The notes: a model not told the origin generated them from the sequence alone. Counted from the stretch's first letter, positions 8,581 to 17,746 are shown. The stretch is 36,750 nucleotides of DNA from Candidatus Adlerbacteria bacterium (GCA_043734325.1 JAYTFN010000017.1:1-36750); one strand, 5' to 3'. Numbers and translations are program-made.

Positions 8581-10240
8581 TCAAGACAGGGCTTTTTATA
8601 AGAGCGTCACTTTCGGTTTGCACAAGTAACGGAAATTCGACTATAAAACTGGAACCCTTCCCTAACCCTTTGGACTCAAGATGTATAGTTCCTTTGTGCG
8701 CTTCAACGAAGGTTTTAACTATGAACAACCCAAGTCCTGACCCGGCTCCGTTGATCACTTTTGCGTTATCGCCTCGCACAAATTTCTCAAATAGTTTATT
8801 ACCTGTTTCAGGATCCATTCCGATACCGGTGTCTTGTATCTCGATTCGAACTTTCTTCTCAAGTGGGACTTTGCGCAACATAACAGTAATACCTCCTTGT
8901 GGCGTGTACTTCATTGCGTTATCTATAAGATTACTGATGACTTGCGTAAGCTTACTTGCGTCTGCCCAGACCATAACCGTTTCGACTCCGATAGCAAGTG
9001 TCAGGGTTAGACCTTTTTGACGTAAGCCCGGCTCAAGCTGCAAGGCAGTAATGCGCACCAGCTCAACTATATTAGTAGGCACAAATCGATATTCCATTCT
9101 CCCCTGCTCAATCCGAGACACGTTGAGATAATCATTTATAAAAAGCGCCATCATAGAACTTTCGTCAGAAATAGTTTGAATTGGATCTTTCAGCTCCTGA
9201 GGTAAATCACCAAACGTTCCGTCCAAAATCCCCCCCGCACTCCATTTTATAGCGGTCAGGGGTGTGCGTAGTTGGTGGGAAGCGAAAGAAAGAAACTCAT
9301 TTTTTTGCGTATCCATTTCTTGCAGTCGTAAATTTGTTTTCTCAAGCTCCTTCTCTTGCTTTTGTATGAGTTCGTGCGACTTAATTTCACTCGCTGTCCT
9401 CTTGATAAGCAAGATGTCAAAGATAAGGACGAGGACAAATATTCCAGAGCGCAGCGCAAGTTCGAAAAATGTTGTTGAAAAAAGTATTTGCAAAAGCGTT
9501 GCAAGTACCATTACGAACGAGAATAATTCTGTCACCACAATACGAGCATTAAATAATCCGTACCGGGCGATAGCGTATCCCGTGCATACAATGAACGGAA
9601 GAATGAACACAGAGCCTAGAGGAATGAAGGCGTATATATTAAATGCCACCGGAAGTATGAAATTGCAGATAATAAGAAGCGCGAATGTAGTGATAGTTCC
9701 ACCCACAATTAGCCCATATTGCATTCGCAGGATGCCTCTTGCCTGAACCATGCGCTTAAGGAACATATATATTGCGCCGCCCACTAACCCTACGATTGTA
9801 AGGCCAAACACTCCAATAAGTGGACCATTAACGATAGGCGGTATAGATCCTTGGAGTGGAGTCGATCGAAAGGTTGCGAACACTAAAGGCGTTAACGTGA
9901 GGAATGACACTGCCGTAACCGAAGGGATAATAAACCATATATAGCGCACTCCAAATACTGGCCGCTCCTGCGGGAAAATTCTCGCTAAATGAAAAATACC
10001 GAAACAAAACCATACGGCCGTAAAAATAACCAACCGCCACATCCAGAGGCTCAGCTCGAAGGATTCCACCTGTGTGCTTGTATAGTTGAGCACTCCCCAC
10101 ACGCCACCAAGAAGCGAGAACCCTAAAAAAGCACGGTTCGTCGCACTCTGTGGATTATTAAAATATACTATAAAGCCAAGAACGCCGGTACTTGCAACCG
10201 CAAGTCCTAAAATAAGTAGATCAACGTATTGTACAGTCAT
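8570..10240 (-). CDS. Sensor histidine kinase with a polytopic (about 7-8 TM) N-terminal domain
   Basis: H-box FLSFASHQLRTPLTAI; N-box NLIDNAMKYT; G-boxes DTGIGM and GSGLGL; a long hydrophobic N-terminal half. Confidence 0.85.
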   Translation of the reverse strand: MTVQYVDLLILGLAVASTGVLGFIVYFNNPQSATNRAFLGFSLLGGVWGVLNYTSTQVESFELSLWMWRLVIFTAVWFCFGIFHLARIFPQERPVFGVRYIWFIIPSVTAVSFLTLTPLVFATFRSTPLQGSIPPIVNGPLIGVFGLTIVGLVGGAIYMFLKRMVQARGILRMQYGLIVGGTITTFALLIICNFILPVAFNIYAFIPLGSVFILPFIVCTGYAIARYGLFNARIVVTELFSFVMVLATLLQILFSTTFFELALRSGIFVLVLIFDILLIKRTASEIKSHELIQKQEKELEKTNLRLQEMDTQKNEFLSFASHQLRTPLTAIKWSAGGILDGTFGDLPQELKDPIQTISDESSMMALFINDYLNVSRIEQGRMEYRFVPTNIVELVRITALQLEPGLRQKGLTLTLAIGVETVMVWADASKLTQVISNLIDNAMKYTPQGGITVMLRKVPLEKKVRIEIQDTGIGMDPETGNKLFEKFVRGDNAKVINGAGSGLGLFIVKTFVEAHKGTIHLESKGLGKGSSFIVEFPLLVQTESDALIKSPVLITE

Positions 10241-11310
10241 TACATTAAGCGTTCTTCAAGAGTATACCGAGTTGCACGCGCACTTGGGGATTCCCCGTAC
10301 CCAATGCGAAACATACAGGTAACCACTTCACGCTTATTGGTAAGCATACTATAAAGTGTTTCAATTTGTGTGTGAATTAAACTTTTTTCATGCGTAGAAA
10401 ATGCTTCCGGATGGGCTTTATGCGCAAAATCCAGAAAGATGGTGCCTGTCAGTACTTGCATCTCTACACCTAAAGAAGTGGCAGTGAGCCATATCCTTTG
10501 AAGTGTTCGCCCCGTTGCTACGAAATCTTGCGGCGTATCGCCTCGTGTAGTTAGTAATCCGAACTCTGCTGCGGAAAAATTTGTTGCCGCATTGGCTTTT
10601 TGCACCACTTTAGGAAAGCCCAGAGCAATACATACTTTCATAACACTCCAATGACGTATGAGTTTAAACAAACCGCGCACCGGCATCGGTAGCTCGAGTG
10701 TACGAATAAAAAAGCCAACCTTCTTTTTCGCATCCTCTTCTATACTCCACGTTAGATGACTGAAGAAAAACTGGTGCAAAGATTTATTTTGAAGCATCAC
10801 CTCTTCGTTAGTGGCGCCGACAACCGCCATAGCGTACATTTGTTGCGGTGAGGTAATTCTTTTATACAAAACAGTTGCACCAAGCGTTTGTACGGCAGCA
10901 CTAAGTGCAGCTTCGTGTTCGGGTTTGAGGGGTTCTTTTTTATACGGTTTGCGATTGGAAGTTCTTACGGGGATACACTCGTATAGTTTTATATCTTCAA
11001 TATTTTTTGCAGCATGTGGAGTAAGTATGATTGACGCAATAGGCTCACCATTACCCGGTCTTGGAAAAAGTGTGACTGAGGCGCGGTACCCTGTCGCCGA
11101 CGCTGCGATACAGATATTTTCAATAGCTGCGCCGTGCGCGACATACGACCCTCGGTTCGAGTCATTATATAAAGACAAGTCGCTTGCTTCATCATTGTAC
11201 AGTTCTATCGTGTTGCCGTGTACTGAAAATTTCCACGGCTGGGAATTCTCTCCAGACGGTGCTTGAAGAGCAGCTTCAAGGATAGTTTGTATGTGTGACT
11301 CTAGATTCAT
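10240..11310 (-). CDS. Tandem nitroreductase-fold FMN oxidoreductase (Acg/Rv1355c-C-terminal type)
   Basis: N-terminal LEAALQAPSGENSQPWKF motif. At 356 aa it is about twice a single nitroreductase domain. ATGA overlap with the upstream ThiF-like gene. Confidence 0.75.
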   Translation of the reverse strand: MNLESHIQTILEAALQAPSGENSQPWKFSVHGNTIELYNDEASDLSLYNDSNRGSYVAHGAAIENICIAASATGYRASVTLFPRPGNGEPIASIILTPHAAKNIEDIKLYECIPVRTSNRKPYKKEPLKPEHEAALSAAVQTLGATVLYKRITSPQQMYAMAVVGATNEEVMLQNKSLHQFFFSHLTWSIEEDAKKKVGFFIRTLELPMPVRGLFKLIRHWSVMKVCIALGFPKVVQKANAATNFSAAEFGLLTTRGDTPQDFVATGRTLQRIWLTATSLGVEMQVLTGTIFLDFAHKAHPEAFSTHEKSLIHTQIETLYSMLTNKREVVTCMFRIGYGESPSARATRYTLEERLM

Positions 11311-12488
11311 AAGCCAAAAAGCGAGGCAAACTTTTGAGATGCCAACGCACGGACTTCGACTTCACTCGGGTCAAGGTAGCCAGGGTCGAGCTTTTCATCA
11401 AGAGAAACGAGAGCGCGATTCTTCTCTATCGACTGACCGTTAAGTATTTTCCTAATAGTGTACGCCACGGCTGCACCATTAATGAGTGCCGCACCGCCCA
11501 GCTGCGGCCACGACACAATAGTCTTCCCCATTTCAAGTAATGATTCTTGCATTTTAATAGTCACGTTTTCCGGACCGATATGCTGGGTAATAGTGCGACC
11601 GATGCCGAATTTATCGAGCTTAGAGAGCTCTTCATAAGTAACATCGCCCAGACGGCCGTGAAAAAAAGCAAGATTTGGGTCTAGGTCGTATCGCTCTACG
11701 TCCACCACTGCGTTGTCTCCATTGTCTGCACCCATAACAACAGGGATACCGCGCTTCTTTGCCTCCTGTCGAATAAGATACTTCACCGCAAGGTTATCGA
11801 GCTCGTCGACAACGATGTCGAGGCCGTCAAAGAAGGTCCCAATATTTTCGGGATTGAGTCCGTCGGTAAACAATTCAATATGCGCAAATGGGTTTATTTC
11901 GTATATCCGCTTGGCGCACATCTCGACTTTCAAAACTCCAAGATTATCCACCCCCATCAAAATTCTATTTGTATTAGAGAGCGCAAGACGATCCATATCC
12001 GCAAGTTTGATGCGCTTTGCCGCACCTTGGAGCACCAGCGCGAACGCAACACTGGAGCCAACGCTTAAACCACCGATACCTACGGTCGAATTGTAGAATT
12101 TCTCCTGCTCTTCTTTGCTTATAAGGTTCCGGTTGCGAGCGGTTCGTACCAACTGGAAGTCTTCTTCTTGGAGTATGTGCGAAAGCGTTGAGCTCCACGG
12201 AAAGTACACCCAGTGACCCTGTTTCCAAAGAGGCGCGTCCGCCTGCAATTTTTCGAAATGCACTTTAAAGAGTTGTTTAAAATCGAGAGTGTACACGAGT
12301 GTCGGATTGTTAACGCCGAAAAGCTCTAGAAGTTCCTCTTCGTAGTCGTCACGCACGTGCCGGACAGCGCCCTCTTCAAATAGTTGCTCAAGCTTTTTTT
12401 GGTCAACATCGCTTGATAATGTAAAAAAAACTGGCACCGGTGCATATTGACTCTCAAGCCCTTTTTGTATTCGTGTGTGTACTGGCAT
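11307..12488 (-). CDS. ThiF/MoeB/HesA-family E1-like adenylyltransferase (Rv1355c-N-terminal type)
   Basis: Rossmann motif VGIGGLSVGSSVAF...KLADMDRLALSNTNR followed by DIVVDELDN, typical of the E1-like fold. The protein has a ~130 aa N-terminal extension. Confidence 0.8.
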   Translation of the reverse strand: MPVHTRIQKGLESQYAPVPVFFTLSSDVDQKKLEQLFEEGAVRHVRDDYEEELLELFGVNNPTLVYTLDFKQLFKVHFEKLQADAPLWKQGHWVYFPWSSTLSHILQEEDFQLVRTARNRNLISKEEQEKFYNSTVGIGGLSVGSSVAFALVLQGAAKRIKLADMDRLALSNTNRILMGVDNLGVLKVEMCAKRIYEINPFAHIELFTDGLNPENIGTFFDGLDIVVDELDNLAVKYLIRQEAKKRGIPVVMGADNGDNAVVDVERYDLDPNLAFFHGRLGDVTYEELSKLDKFGIGRTITQHIGPENVTIKMQESLLEMGKTIVSWPQLGGAALINGAAVAYTIRKILNGQSIEKNRALVSLDEKLDPGYLDPSEVEVRALASQKFASLFGL

Positions 12489-12502
12489 ATAAAAGTAAAA
12501 TA

Positions 12503-14020
12503 TTAATTACTATCTTTCACCACCCATTTTTGCTTAATGGTCGCTTTGAAATATTTCTCGTCGCCATGCGGCCAGAACACTACCTGGGGTACCACCTTAT
12601 CCCCCATGCTTGCATAATTATTTCGATATTCACTGTTCTTCAACAGGAGATTAGCTTTCGTAATTTCTTGGATAGTTTTTACTAGCTCCGGTGACGCCTC
12701 TCCATTTTGTCGCAGCTCAACATTCAATTCCAAAAATTGGTCTTGGTTTTCATCTATACGGGTGTGCATCGTGAACTTGCCGGTAATATCCATAAGCAAC
12801 ACATCCTCCTGCAGGGCTTCTCTAATATGCTCGGGATACATGATTGCTCCGTACAGCTTTGTCGAAAAGTCTGCTCGCTCATATACATAGACAAACGGCA
12901 GTCGATAGAGTGGCACGTTGGCTTCCTCAAGCTTTGTACTCAACTCATTCCCGTGCAATACACTAACGTTTTGTGCCTCGTCAAATGTCATCACGCCCCC
13001 TTGGTCGCCTACCTCATAGCGGATGAGCGGGAGCGTGTTATAGCCAGTCAGAAGAATTTCACCATTATGCGCTTCGAAGTTCGTAAAGAGCGGGTTATAT
13101 TGCGCGAGCGTCGGGGTTTTTTCTATTGGGCCGAAAAGCGAAAAGAAGAGCTTTTCATCCTCAAGCGCTTGGCGTCGCAGGAATATGGATGTCGGGGTTT
13201 CATATGCCATAGCACCAATATCAGCGGTGCCGTAAATGTTGAGCGTGTCAAGGTATGGGTTTTCAGTACCGGTCATACGCATCAGATGGTCGCGGAACTT
13301 TTCGTTGAATCCTTCGGCAGCAAAAAGCATACGAATGTTATGTTCGCGAAGCGATATACCCGACAACATCGCCTCATCCAGCACGTCTTTTACGAACGGC
13401 GGATATCCGATAACAATAGTTTGCTTATAGTTCGGCGCGAGGTCGCGAAGCGCATGCAAAATCTCCCCCTTATTCAACCCTGGTGTCAGTATGGAAATAT
13501 TCTTGCCACGCAAACTCGCGAGCTGGAACGCCTGGTAGGTAAAGAGTCCTCCTATCCACACGCCCATACCAAAGGTAATGAGTACGAGCGTTGGCCCTTC
13601 TCTTCCTTCGCGCATGCCGTTTTCTAAAAAGAGTTCAGCGAGAACCGAATACTGCCAGTCGAGCTCGTTGTCATGCGGAAAATAAAAGGGCTTTCCTGTA
13701 GAGCCTGACGTGGCGGCATATACCAGTGGTTTCTCCAGTGTGCCGTCCCAGCACAAAGAGGCAAGTGGGTACGTACGTAGATAGTTGTTTTTATTGGTCA
13801 CCGGCACCTCTTTAAAATGCGCAGGTGTCGTGATGTGCGAAGGGTCGATACGGTGCTTGTGCAAAAAATCCTTGTAAGCCGGAATACGCTCCGCCGCAGC
13901 ATGGAACAACCCCAGCATATTTTCTTCTTGCAGCTTTGCCCACTTTTTAGAGTCATTTTCTCGGATCATTTGCAAAACCTTTTGCGCAGTATATTTTTTA
14001 CTTGGTGGTAGGTATTCCAT
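12503..14020 (-). CDS. PaaK / coenzyme F390 synthetase-like adenylate-forming enzyme
   Basis: P-loop-like ATSGSTGKPFYFP motif, which matches the PaaK/F390 synthetase/CapK family. The YGTADIG motif and the 505-aa length also fit. Confidence 0.7.
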   Translation of the reverse strand: MEYLPPSKKYTAQKVLQMIRENDSKKWAKLQEENMLGLFHAAAERIPAYKDFLHKHRIDPSHITTPAHFKEVPVTNKNNYLRTYPLASLCWDGTLEKPLVYAATSGSTGKPFYFPHDNELDWQYSVLAELFLENGMREGREGPTLVLITFGMGVWIGGLFTYQAFQLASLRGKNISILTPGLNKGEILHALRDLAPNYKQTIVIGYPPFVKDVLDEAMLSGISLREHNIRMLFAAEGFNEKFRDHLMRMTGTENPYLDTLNIYGTADIGAMAYETPTSIFLRRQALEDEKLFFSLFGPIEKTPTLAQYNPLFTNFEAHNGEILLTGYNTLPLIRYEVGDQGGVMTFDEAQNVSVLHGNELSTKLEEANVPLYRLPFVYVYERADFSTKLYGAIMYPEHIREALQEDVLLMDITGKFTMHTRIDENQDQFLELNVELRQNGEASPELVKTIQEITKANLLLKNSEYRNNYASMGDKVVPQVVFWPHGDEKYFKATIKQKWVVKDSN

Positions 14021-14028
14021 ATAAAGTA

Positions 14029-15108
14029 TTACTTTGTTCGATTATTTGTTTTCTTAAATCGTTTTTCCGCAATGGCGTCTGCTATTTCATTTGTAGGTAT
14101 ATTGCTAATACGCGACTGAGCCAAAATTTCCTTTACAGTCACTTTTATGTGCTGAATATGGTCAGTCACGCGCGGCTCGCTATAGCCACCTTCGTGCAAT
14201 TCGTCCACTACGTTTATAAGACCGCCTGCGTTCGCGACGTAGTCTGGGACGTATAGAATCTTGCGCTTATGTAGGCGCGCACCATCCTTTGCTGTAGAAA
14301 GTTGATTATTTGCCGAACCGCACACAATAGCGCACCCTAACTCTGGAATCGTTTTTTGATTGAACTCGTCTCCCAAAGCACACGGAACAAAGACATCAAC
14401 CTTTTGCATATGAATGCGTGTGTGCGGCACGATGCGAATGTCGGGGAACAACGTACGGGCCGCGCTTGTGCGCTTAGGATCAATATCTGCCACAACAAGA
14501 GTGCCGCCTTTGGCGCTTATCAAAGCGCAAAGCTCTTTGCCGACATTTCCTAATCCTTTAACCGCGAACGACCTTCCAACAAAAGTCTCGTTGCCAAATT
14601 TCTCCCCAAGTGACGCTTCGATAGAAATACAGACGGAAATCGCAGCATAGCGCGCCGGCATGCCACCGATTTTTGGACGTCCAATGATAAAGTCGGAGTG
14701 TTGCGACAAAAGGGCAATATCACTTTCGTCGATACCGACATCCTCACCCGTAAAAAAATGACCGCCCAGTAAATTGAGGCGATTGGCATATGCAATAAGC
14801 AATGCGCGTTTCTGACTTTGAGTTATATTTTTGGGTGCCATGAGCACTGCTTTACCCCCGCCGAACGGCACGCTCCCCATCGCACATTTGTAGGTCATCG
14901 CACGAGAGAGTCGTAAAGCATCGGTAAGCGCCTCATTTTCATCTTTGTAGTAACGCAGTCGAGTGCCTCCGACCGCAGGACCAAGCATATTGTTATGAAT
15001 TGCGATAAAACCCCGCAGCCCGGTTTCGATGTCACACAGAAACACGACCGCAACATGGTCTTTGTGTTCGACATGCTTTTTAAAATAGGAAATTTCTGTT
15101 AGAGCCAT
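14029..15108 (-). CDS. Leu/Phe/Val-type NAD-dependent amino-acid dehydrogenase
   Basis: GPAVGGTRLRYY and catalytic-Lys motif FGGGKAVL; dinucleotide fold VKGLGNVGKEL; 359 aa. Confidence 0.85.
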   Translation of the reverse strand: MALTEISYFKKHVEHKDHVAVVFLCDIETGLRGFIAIHNNMLGPAVGGTRLRYYKDENEALTDALRLSRAMTYKCAMGSVPFGGGKAVLMAPKNITQSQKRALLIAYANRLNLLGGHFFTGEDVGIDESDIALLSQHSDFIIGRPKIGGMPARYAAISVCISIEASLGEKFGNETFVGRSFAVKGLGNVGKELCALISAKGGTLVVADIDPKRTSAARTLFPDIRIVPHTRIHMQKVDVFVPCALGDEFNQKTIPELGCAIVCGSANNQLSTAKDGARLHKRKILYVPDYVANAGGLINVVDELHEGGYSEPRVTDHIQHIKVTVKEILAQSRISNIPTNEIADAIAEKRFKKTNNRTK

Positions 15109-15120
15109 AATTTCTAGTAA

Positions 15121-15498
15121 TTATACAAGCGACTCATGCACCCGGTCTACCACTTGCTCAAGTGTGTAGTTTGCCTTTACCAGGTAAAAAATGGGTTCGT
15201 GCTTCTCTATTGCCTCTACAATATCCTTTGTATCCGGACTAAGATTAGTTAGTAAGATAACCGGAACCTTCTTGCCGTACGCCGTGTCCTTTCGCAATTC
15301 TTGCAACATGAGAAGCCCATTATGCGGCATCATAACATCAAGCAAAATAAGATGTGGTTTTTTATTAAGTGCAATTATCAATGCCTCATTTCCATCGGAA
15401 GCCGATAACACAGTAAAACCTTCTTTGATCAGTTTCTTTTCTAATATTTTTCGAAGCACTGTTTCATCTTCGACAACCAACACCGTTTTTTGGTCCAT
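15121..15498 (-). CDS. Receiver-only response regulator (first gene of the operon)
   Basis: MDQKTVLVVEDE...LILLDVMMPHNGL...TNL...K. I trimmed the start to the ATG at 15498. Confidence 0.85.
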   Translation of the reverse strand: MDQKTVLVVEDETVLRKILEKKLIKEGFTVLSASDGNEALIIALNKKPHLILLDVMMPHNGLLMLQELRKDTAYGKKVPVILLTNLSPDTKDIVEAIEKHEPIFYLVKANYTLEQVVDRVHESLV

Positions 15499-15582
15499 GT
15501 GTTTGTTATTATTTAAATACAGTACTGAATTCCATACGTATAAATATACCACGTATCATTAAAATCCCTTTACATAAACGTG

Positions 15583-15654
15583 TGCCCCCGAGAGGAATCG
15601 AACCTCTATAGCCGGCTTAGAAGTCCGGAGTTCTATCCATTAAACTACGAGGGC
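15583..15654 (-). tRNA. tRNA-Arg (anticodon UCU)
   Basis: Hand-folded cloverleaf: acceptor GCCCTCG/CGGGGGC, T-arm AGAGG-TTCGATT-CCTCT, anticodon loop CTTCTAA. There is one A-G mismatch at the base of the anticodon stem. Confidence 0.8.
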
Positions 15655-15706
15655 AAGTCGCACTACATTACTATCCAAAGCACGTGTACAATACCATTAT
15701 CACTCT

Positions 15707-16201
15707 ATGATGACCAGATTGTTTAAACGAAAGGTGTGGCACGAATTGTTTGAAGCTGGAGTTGCGCTTAAGGGTATTAATAGTGTATGGCAAATACTTG
15801 GCGGCCTTTTCCTACTTACCCGACTCCACTCGTGGCTTGAATACATATTAGTCTTTTTTAGCCGACACCAACTGCTTGGCGGCCCCGAAGATTTCCTTTT
15901 TAGCTTCGTCAGTTCGCAAATTCATCGCCTCGACATCGTCAGCGTCCGCACTTTTGTTGGCGCATATCTTCTCTTTCATGGCATTTTAAATGCGTTCTTA
16001 GCGTACAACCTCTATCGCAACAGACTGTGGTCCTACCCCGTCATGATGATGTTCATCATAATATTTTTGGTGTATCAGTCATACCGACTTGTCCATACGT
16101 TCTCACTCACTCTTTTGTTTATTACTATATTCGACATTGCGTTCCTAGTCCTTACCTGGCATGAGTATAAAGCGCAAAAAGAAAAACTAGCGCGCTCGTG
16201 A
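15707..16201 (+). CDS. Small 4-TM membrane protein (DUF2127-like)
   Basis: Hydrophobicity pattern and the N-terminal WHELFEAGVALKGINSVWQILGG motif. The family assignment comes from memory of the pattern only. Confidence 0.55.
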   Translation: MMTRLFKRKVWHELFEAGVALKGINSVWQILGGLFLLTRLHSWLEYILVFFSRHQLLGGPEDFLFSFVSSQIHRLDIVSVRTFVGAYLLFHGILNAFLAYNLYRNRLWSYPVMMMFIIIFLVYQSYRLVHTFSLTLLFITIFDIAFLVLTWHEYKAQKEKLARS

Positions 16202-16519
16202 CCCGACAGGAGCAGTGGACTCAAAAAGATGCAGTTGCTCTCCTTCGCTCCCTCCTGTAGCCAAAATCATAGCCTGGCTCTCGAGCCCCATAATAGACCG
16301 CGGCTCTACATTAGTCGCGAAAGCACATTTTTTACTTACTAAAAGCGCTGTGTCGGGAAAATGTTTCGCTATACCCGACACCACTTGACGCTCTTCACTC
16401 CCGAAATTTACGCGAAGTTTGAGCAGTTTTTCTGACCCCAAAACCGGCTCAGCTGAAAGAATCTCGCCCACACGAATTTCTACTTTTTTAAAATCATCAA
16501 TTGAAATGAGCTCGTCCAT
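16187..16519 (-). CDS. tRNA-binding domain protein (CsaA/Trbp111/EMAP-like OB fold)
   Basis: FKKVEIRVGEILSAEPV...KLLKLRVNFG...RQVVSGI is the characteristic pattern of this tRNA-binding domain. Confidence 0.75.
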   Translation of the reverse strand: MDELISIDDFKKVEIRVGEILSAEPVLGSEKLLKLRVNFGSEERQVVSGIAKHFPDTALLVSKKCAFATNVEPRSIMGLESQAMILATGGSEGEQLHLFESTAPVGSRAR

Positions 16520-16528
16520 ATTTTTACT

Positions 16529-16954
16529 TTACTGCCCTTTTCGCATCCGGTCGAGGTAACTCTGCAGGATAAGCGCAGCGGCGGATGCGTCTAATTTTTC
16601 TGCCACGGCGCGACTCTCTTCACGCTGGCGCGGCCGATGAGACTTTCCTTCCAATCGTGTTGCCTGTGCACTGGTCATAAACTCCGGCTCGAAGACGACC
16701 GCCACCTGGTGAGCCTGCAGCATTTCCGCAAAGGCTTCGGCTTCCTTCATAATTGGATTTTTTTCCTGCTTAAAATTCATTGACTCCCCCATCACGGCTA
16801 TCTTCACCCCGTTCTCCTTTATAATATCGAGCACCTCACCTAAGGCCTTACCTCCGGCTACAACTACGCCAAGTGGAAATGCCAAAGTTGCCGACTCGTC
16901 CGAGACCGCAACCCCAATGCGCTTACTTCCGTAGTCAATGCCGAGGTATTTCAT
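16529..16954 (-). CDS. ruvX: YqgF/RuvX putative pre-16S rRNA nuclease / Holliday junction resolvase-like protein
   Basis: MKYLGIDYGSKRIGVAVSD N-terminus and a C-terminal DASAAALILQSYL motif. Confidence 0.85.
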   Translation of the reverse strand: MKYLGIDYGSKRIGVAVSDESATLAFPLGVVVAGGKALGEVLDIIKENGVKIAVMGESMNFKQEKNPIMKEAEAFAEMLQAHQVAVVFEPEFMTSAQATRLEGKSHRPRQREESRAVAEKLDASAAALILQSYLDRMRKGQ

Positions 16955-17068
16955 ATGTGGTTACAGGACACCATACCGGCGAACAAATTGCAATCGCTTT
17001 GACAAAAAAGCGTTACACTGCAACTATTAGCCTAGATATACTGATCCTCACAATCATAGGAAAATATT

Positions 17069-17485
17069 ATGGAGTGGACAGAGGAACAAGTCGCCCTCCT
17101 GAAGGTTTTATGGCCGAAGAGCCTCTCGGCTACTGAAATAGGCAAACAGCTAGGCGTAACTAAAAATGCTATTATAAGTAAGGGAGGGCGACTTGGTCTA
17201 CCCCCTCGCCCCTCACCCAAAAGGAGAAGGTCACATACTACATACAGAGCGCCTACTCTGACCCGACTCTCGAATAAGGCAGTAACATTTTCTGCAATGG
17301 GCCCGGGAGCCGTTCATGAACTAGCAGTAGGTCGACCATCCGTCCGAAAGCCTGAACTTTGTTGCTGGCCTATAGGAGATCCTGGTACTAAAAGTTTCCA
17401 CAGTTGCAAGGCCACGGCTGAACCAAGAAAACCTTATTGCACAGAACATCAAGCGGAGGCGCATCTACAAAAACCTAAGGGTTGA
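17069..17485 (+). CDS. GcrA-like cell-cycle regulator family protein
   Basis: N-terminal W-TEEQVALLKVLW...SATEIGKQLGVTKNAIISKGGRLGL HTH; C-terminal CCWPIGDPGTKSFHSC...PYCTEH Cys-rich motif. Both are hallmarks of GcrA. Confidence 0.7.
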   Translation: MEWTEEQVALLKVLWPKSLSATEIGKQLGVTKNAIISKGGRLGLPPRPSPKRRRSHTTYRAPTLTRLSNKAVTFSAMGPGAVHELAVGRPSVRKPELCCWPIGDPGTKSFHSCKATAEPRKPYCTEHQAEAHLQKPKG

Positions 17486-17507
17486 AATAATGCGTACTAC
17501 CGTATCC

Positions 17508-17538
17508 TGCCCCGAGACTAGCCTCGGGGCACTTTTTA
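17508..17538 (+). terminator. Rho-independent terminator after the gcrA-like gene
   Basis: 9-bp GC-rich stem TGCCCCGAG / CTCGGGGCA with a 6-nt loop, followed by CTTTTTATA. Confidence 0.6.
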
Positions 17539-17637
17539 TAATTTCTAATCAATTCAAAAGTACTAACCTAGAAGAAATGGTAAATTTCGCTTAAAAAGTG
17601 TATTGTAATTTTCATTAGAGGCCACAAACCTTTATAT

Positions 17638-17722
17638 GGAGGAGTGGCAGAGTGGTCTAACGCACCGCACTTGAAATGCGGCGTGCCGCAAGGTACCGTG
17701 AGTTCGAATCTCACCTCCTCCG
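17638..17722 (+). tRNA. tRNA-Ser (anticodon UGA), long variable arm
   Basis: Acceptor GGAGGAG/CTCCTCC; anticodon arm CCGCA-CTTGAAA-TGCGG; variable arm GTGCC-GCAA-GGTAC; T-arm GTGAG-TTCGAAT-CTCAC. Confidence 0.9.
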
Positions 17723-17746
17723 CCCGATGTCCAAGCTTGAACCCAA

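Noticed and set aside
10240-12488. Interpreting the E1-like plus nitroreductase pair as a thiazole/oxazole-modified microcin (TOMM) synthetase
   Set aside because: No YcaO cyclodehydratase gene and no plausible precursor-peptide ORF are present in or next to the operon. Only the loose architectural analogy remains.
12707-13627. The 306-aa plus-strand ORF, and similar long antisense ORFs (9264..9746, 25045..25590, 28003..28542, 10811..11266)
   Set aside because: Each lies entirely antisense to a gene with clear family motifs. Their translations are low-complexity or Arg/Ser/Cys-rich with no recognisable domain. They are typical shadow ORFs.
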